From: Paraspadella gotoi | Taxonomy: Eukaryota; Animalia; Chaetognatha | DNA length: 26,376 nucleotides | NCBI GenBank assembly: GCA_051294375.1 | Contig: JBJCIZ010001130.1 | Coordinates: 1-26,376 of the forward strand | Direction of reading: 5' to 3' | Shown: positions 21,430-26,376 of the stretch, piece by piece | How positions within the stretch are numbered: the stretch's first letter is position 1 | Layout of the letters: each line of letters opens with the position of its first letter | The notes under the pieces: generated by a model | Told to the model about the DNA's origin: nothing | Seen by the model: only the letters and a program-made list of their open reading frames with translations | Database searches by the model: none | Translations under genes and position numbers: made by a program

Positions 21430-24400
21430 TTTGTCGATGATTAAAAAAAAGATCGGATCGGAAAAAATAATTTTTAGAACAGCACAGGAGAACGAAATCT
21501 TGTTGATATTTAATTTATTTCTAATAAATGCATTTTTAAGCCGCTTTTTTACAGTGAAGGCTTTCAAAGGCCGAAAAAATACTGTTTATCAATTTCTCTT
21601 TTAAAATTTCGGTTAAGATTTAAAAATAAGAAAAAAACAACTTGTGACGCACAGAATTTCTCAGGTTATAAATAGATTTCGCGTTTTCAACTGAAATAAC
21701 ATGATGAAGGAGATGTCCCATCCCCGATTTACCAAAGCGCCCTCTTTCGGTATCCCCATTTTTTTAAACTAATCAGCGACCTGGGTCTAGAAACTTAACC
21801 GAACCAATCGGAGCTGACTTCAATAGTCACGTGACTGAGCAGGAATCACCTTGCCCGGGCCGCATCCCGCCATTTTTTCAAATCTTCGCTATTTTAAAGC
21901 ACATCAATATTGCGTTTTTCAATAATTTCTTTATACATTTAGGAGTTTTCTATTGACTAAAATTAAAGTTCACAACGTTTGACTGAAGATGATGAATATC
22001 GATTTTTCAACGCTATTTTACACGTACAGTACCGGAAACCTAAGAATGTCGTAAGTCTGCTACATAGAAAACTTTTCCATTTATAGGATTAATGGCTTTA
22101 GGATTTTAATAGAAAGTTGCCTGGATGTCTGTGCTATTGCCCATTTAAGCAATTTTTTCAAAAAATAATCTTAAACCACTTAAAAATTGGCTGTCAAAAT
22201 TTTTTTTTTTAAAAAACTTGCATAGCTCTAATATATGTTTTAAATTTTTTTCTTAAAGTTTTGCTAACTTGTACTCAAGAGGGTTTTTTAAACTTTCTGT
22301 AGAAATATTGTTACTATCAAAAAGTGTTTTTTCAAATATTTATCAATGCTAATATTTAGAGGTGTTATTTTTCAATGATGCAAAACTATCCTTATTTGTG
22401 AATATTATGGTTTAAATTTTAGTAAATAGGTGGGCCTTGGGTAGTCCTGCAATACATATAAATTTAAATCATTTTGAAAAAACTTTTTGACACAGGTCAA
22501 ATTTTTTTTTACAAAATTTAATTGTCAATCCTGCTAAAAAATATTATTGCAAATAATGTTATTCTTGCCTATAAAATCAGTTAAAACATATTAAAAATAA
22601 GCCTAAAGCAAAATTTTTTTTATAATATTATTTTTAAAAACTCATTTGCATATTGTTGCATTTTATAATTTTATGGTGGACTAAAATCCACCAAACCGTT
22701 CATCAGCGGCCATTTGGTGCCGGAAGGCAAGTCATTCACCTCCCAACCCAAAATGTCCGGGGTTCTAGCCCGGTGGTTCGTCTGGCAGTATAAGAGGGAC
22801 GGGGGCGCTTAACCCGCCTGTAACTTGGTGTTACAGCATATCCGAAGCTCAGGACTGCGTTATATTGAACGGTTCTGTCATTAACACTTATCAATAATTA
22901 ACTGTCCTCTTCAATTTGTTAATTTTTTCACATAAAAGTAATCCATTTTTTAAAAAATTTTTGGTAGCACAAATAATATATAATTAAGACCTTTAAAAAA
23001 TATACCATCAAACCTAATTTTTAAATAAAATTTCAAATTATTTAATGTATTTTATATATTACTAAAAATTATGATTTTAATAAGCATTCTGCTAACTTTT
23101 TCAAAGTGGGCATCATTGAAAAGAGGGCAACTCAAGGATTCCAAATATATAATTTTTTTACCAAAATTTAATGTCCAAAAGCTGAGATAAATTCTTTCCT
23201 AAGTGCTCAAAAATTGAAAAAAACACTACTTTTTAATCGTTAATGAAAAATGCGACTATGATAGTTTTGTTCAATACTTGGTAAACTAGGTCAAGAATTG
23301 TTCATATTTTGTGGTAAATGTCATGTCCAGGGAATAAAATAAATATTATAGTAGATTCCTCAATCAATTTTTAAATTTGGGCAGAACATTTTACTCTTTT
23401 TTACCAAGTTTTTAGAGTATAGCTAAACGTTTCTATGATTACGCAAAATAGAATTTGAGAAAATAAAAAATTAATAGTACTAATAGTTGGTGTTATGTCT
23501 CAAAAATTTTTTTTCTTCACTAAAAAATTTCGCAAGAACAACTTATTTGAAAGGGCTGATTGACTGACTTAATGATTACATTTTTTGGGTTTATTTACTA
23601 GCCCCATTACGCAAGACATAAAAGGTCATGATTTTCAAGTCACTATGCCCAGATTTTCTATAACTTTCATAACCACCAGTATTTCGAATTTAACTTTTTT
23701 CCCCTTTCAAATGTATTAAATAAAAAATTATTTGAAAGAACAATTGGCATGGACGATGCTATTGGTACGCTAAGGTTTTTTTCCATCTATTTGAGACATA
23801 ACCAACTATTGGTACTATTAATTATTTTCTCAAATTCTCATATTTTGTGTAATCATAGAAACGTTTGTCGGGAAGAAACTTTCGTGAAGATTCATCATCG
23901 GACTTTTATTCATTTGGATATTAATTCATTAACAAAATAAAACGTTTCACCACGTGTCTATTTGATTTATTATTCATTGATTTAGTATATTGATTAGTAT
24001 ACTCTAAAAAACTTGGTAAAAAAGAGTAAAATGTTCTGCCAAATTTAAAAATTGATTGAGGAATCTACTATAATATTTTATTTTATTCCCCTGGACATGA
24101 CATTACACACAAAATATAAACAATTCTTGACCTAGTTACTAAGTATTGAAACAAACTATCTTAGTCGCATTTTTATTAACAATTAAAAGTAGTGTTTTTT
24201 TCAATTTTGAGCACTTTGGAAAGAATTATCTCAGCTTTGGGACATTAAATTTGGTTAAAAAAGATTATATATTTGGAATCCTTGAGTTGCCCTCTTTTCA
24301 ATGATGCCCACTTTGAAAAATTTTTGCTTTAGGCTTACTTTAAATGTTTTAACTGATTTATAGGCAAAGAATAGACATTATTTGCAATAATATTTTAGAC

Positions 24401-25819
24401 AGGAATTTGACATATCTGAATTTTTTTAAAAAAAATTTGACCTGTGTCAAAAAGGTTATTTCAAAATGATTGAAATTTATATGTATTGCAGGACTACCCA
24501 AGGCCCACCTATTACTAAAATTTAAAACCATAATATTCACAAAATAAGGAAGTTATGCATCATTAAAAAAATGACACATCTAAAATATTAGCAACTGATA
24601 AATATGGAAAAAAAACTTTTTATACTAAGCAATATTTTCTTCAGAAGTTTACAAATCCTCTTGAGTACAAGTTAGCCAAAATTTTAAGAAAAAAATTTAA
24701 ATATATTAAAAGCTATGCAAGTTTTTTAAAAAAATTTTGACCCAATTTTTAAGTGGTTTAAGATTATTTTTTTGAGAAAAATTGTCTTAAATGGGCAATA
24801 GCCAGACATCCAGGCAACAATCCTATTAAAATCCTGAAGCCATTTATTATAAATGGAAAAGTTATCCCATGTACAGACTTACGAAAATTCTAGGTTTCCG
24901 GTACTGTATCTTGGTTCTATGTGTGCATTTATCTTTTTTTTAGATCAAATGTTAGAGAAAAAACAGATTTGCTTGAAACCTAAAATCATGTCTTTGAAGC
25001 ATCTTTTGAAGGGACTCACCCGGACTGAAAAGTTTTTCTGGAATATTCTAGGGGGCGTTTTTGAGGATGAACCTGCGTTTCTCCCCAAACGGTATCAGGT
25101 GCGTTTTGTTCATTTGTGATTAAGTTGTACAACGCTGGCAAGGATTTATGATTGGCCACATCCTTTATTTTGGGAGAAATAACTTTTTTAAACTCTTCTA
25201 ATAGTTTTATTCATCTTCAACAAATGTTTGTATTCAATTTTCTTTGATGACATGACTAACAGAAATACACAAATGAACGCGCAACAGATGACAAGGATGA
25301 ATCGCAGACCTATGGAAGAGACGGTTTTTCCTCGAAATCCGCATCCACAAACCCGGCCAAAGTTGGAGAAGGAATGGGAGCATACAGTTTCTTACAAGGT
25401 AGGCCCAGCCCAGCCTCTGCCGAGATTTGGAATGGCCCCACGTTTTTTTCAATTTGAAATTGTTTTTTTTAGGTCACGACCAAAACGAACCTTCCAGAAT
25501 TTCGCAAATCCAATTACGTTGTCGCGTTTCTCCGATTTTCTCGTAAAGAGCACTTTGGGTGCCATCGGCATCAAATTGTCGAAAGAATACCAAACCTATT
25601 AGGTGAGGCGCGGGTCAGAAGAGCACCGGTTTTTGTGTATATGTAATCTGTATGTATTTCTAATTGCTCACAATTTATTTTATTTCAAATTACGAAATAG
25701 CTATTTATTGCCATTAAGGCAGGCCAAAATTGATCACTTTTTATCATTAGGAGTTTTTGTAATATATAATTCATTTGTTCATCATATACTTAATAACTTT
25801 TTTAACTAATAAAGCACAG
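21430..25819. repeat. Artefactual inverted duplicate of 16942-21321 (second pass of one long read)
   Basis: Collinear reverse complement differing mainly by 1-bp indels. Contains mirror copies of the foldback element (22027-24906), the tRNA-like repeat (~22706-22910) and the SNX exons (24988-25602). Confidence 0.95.
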
Positions 25820-25870
25820 GGCAATATTTAATAATATATTGATAAAGCATTTCTTAAATATCTATTGAAA

Positions 25871-26376
25871 TTCACAAATAAGGAAGTTATGCATCATTGA
25901 AAAAATAACACCTCTAAAATATTAGCATTGATAAATATTGAAAAAAACTTTTTGATAGTAACAATATTTCTACAGAAGTTTAAAAAACCCTCTTGAGTAC
26001 AAGTTAGCAAAACTTTAAGAAAAAAATTTAAAATATATTAGAGCTATGCAAGTTTTTAAAAAAAAAATTTTGACCCAATTTTTAAGTGGTTTAAGATTAT
26101 TTTTTGAAAAAATTGCTTAAATGGGCAATAGCCAGACATCCAGGCAACTTTCTATAAAATCCTAAAGCCATTAATCCTATAAATGGAAAAGTTATTCTAT
26201 GTACAGACTTACGACATTCTAGGTTTCCGGTACTGTACGTGTAAAATAGCGTTGAAAAATCGATATCATCATCTTCAAGTCGTTAAACGTTGTGAACTTT
26301 AATTTAGTCAATAGAAAACTCCTAAATGTTAAAAGAAATTATTGAAAAACGCAATATTGATGTGCTTTAAAATAGC
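25871..26376. repeat. Direct duplicate of 20351-20859 (probable true contig restart, including the foldback right end at 26235 + TA)
   Basis: Near-identical to 20351-20859 apart from small indels. Joined through a garbled 25820-25870 junction. Confidence 0.9.

Noticed and set aside
16942-25819. Giant natural palindrome or inverted duplication with a second SNX copy
   Set aside because: The axis contains the SMRTbell adapter and the arms differ by read-type indels; it is a technical artefact.
1-26376. CRISPR array, rRNA, canonical tRNA or prokaryotic operon
   Set aside because: No regularly spaced repeat-spacer array, no rRNA-like sequence and no complete cloverleaf. Spliceosomal introns and low coding density indicate eukaryotic DNA.

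Overview
AT-rich eukaryotic scaffold, probably insect, with four N gaps (346-604, 754-778, 11249-11639, 19606-19630). No intact multi-exon gene could be assembled. About 5.5 kb (20351-25870) is an assembly artefact: a ~4.4 kb-arm palindrome (16942-21321 / 21430-25819) pivots on a recognisable PacBio SMRTbell adapter (21322-21429), and the sequence then restarts (25871-26376 repeats 20351-20859). Genuine content: (1) three degenerate minimal hammerhead ribozyme motifs of the Penelope-like-element type, all on the minus strand (~13300, ~14300, ~16490); (2) an intron-containing sorting nexin 1/2 PX-domain pseudogene (minus, 15342-17772); (3) a TA-flanked long-TIR foldback DNA element (17853-20718) just upstream of it; (4) a probable spliced gene ending in a CCHC zinc knuckle (minus, 9736-11248, running into a gap); (5) a tRNA-like structured repeat in two copies; (6) several MITEs, including a family carrying telomere-like TTAGGG arrays. 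All protein and RNA family assignments come from motif recognition by eye, not database searches.
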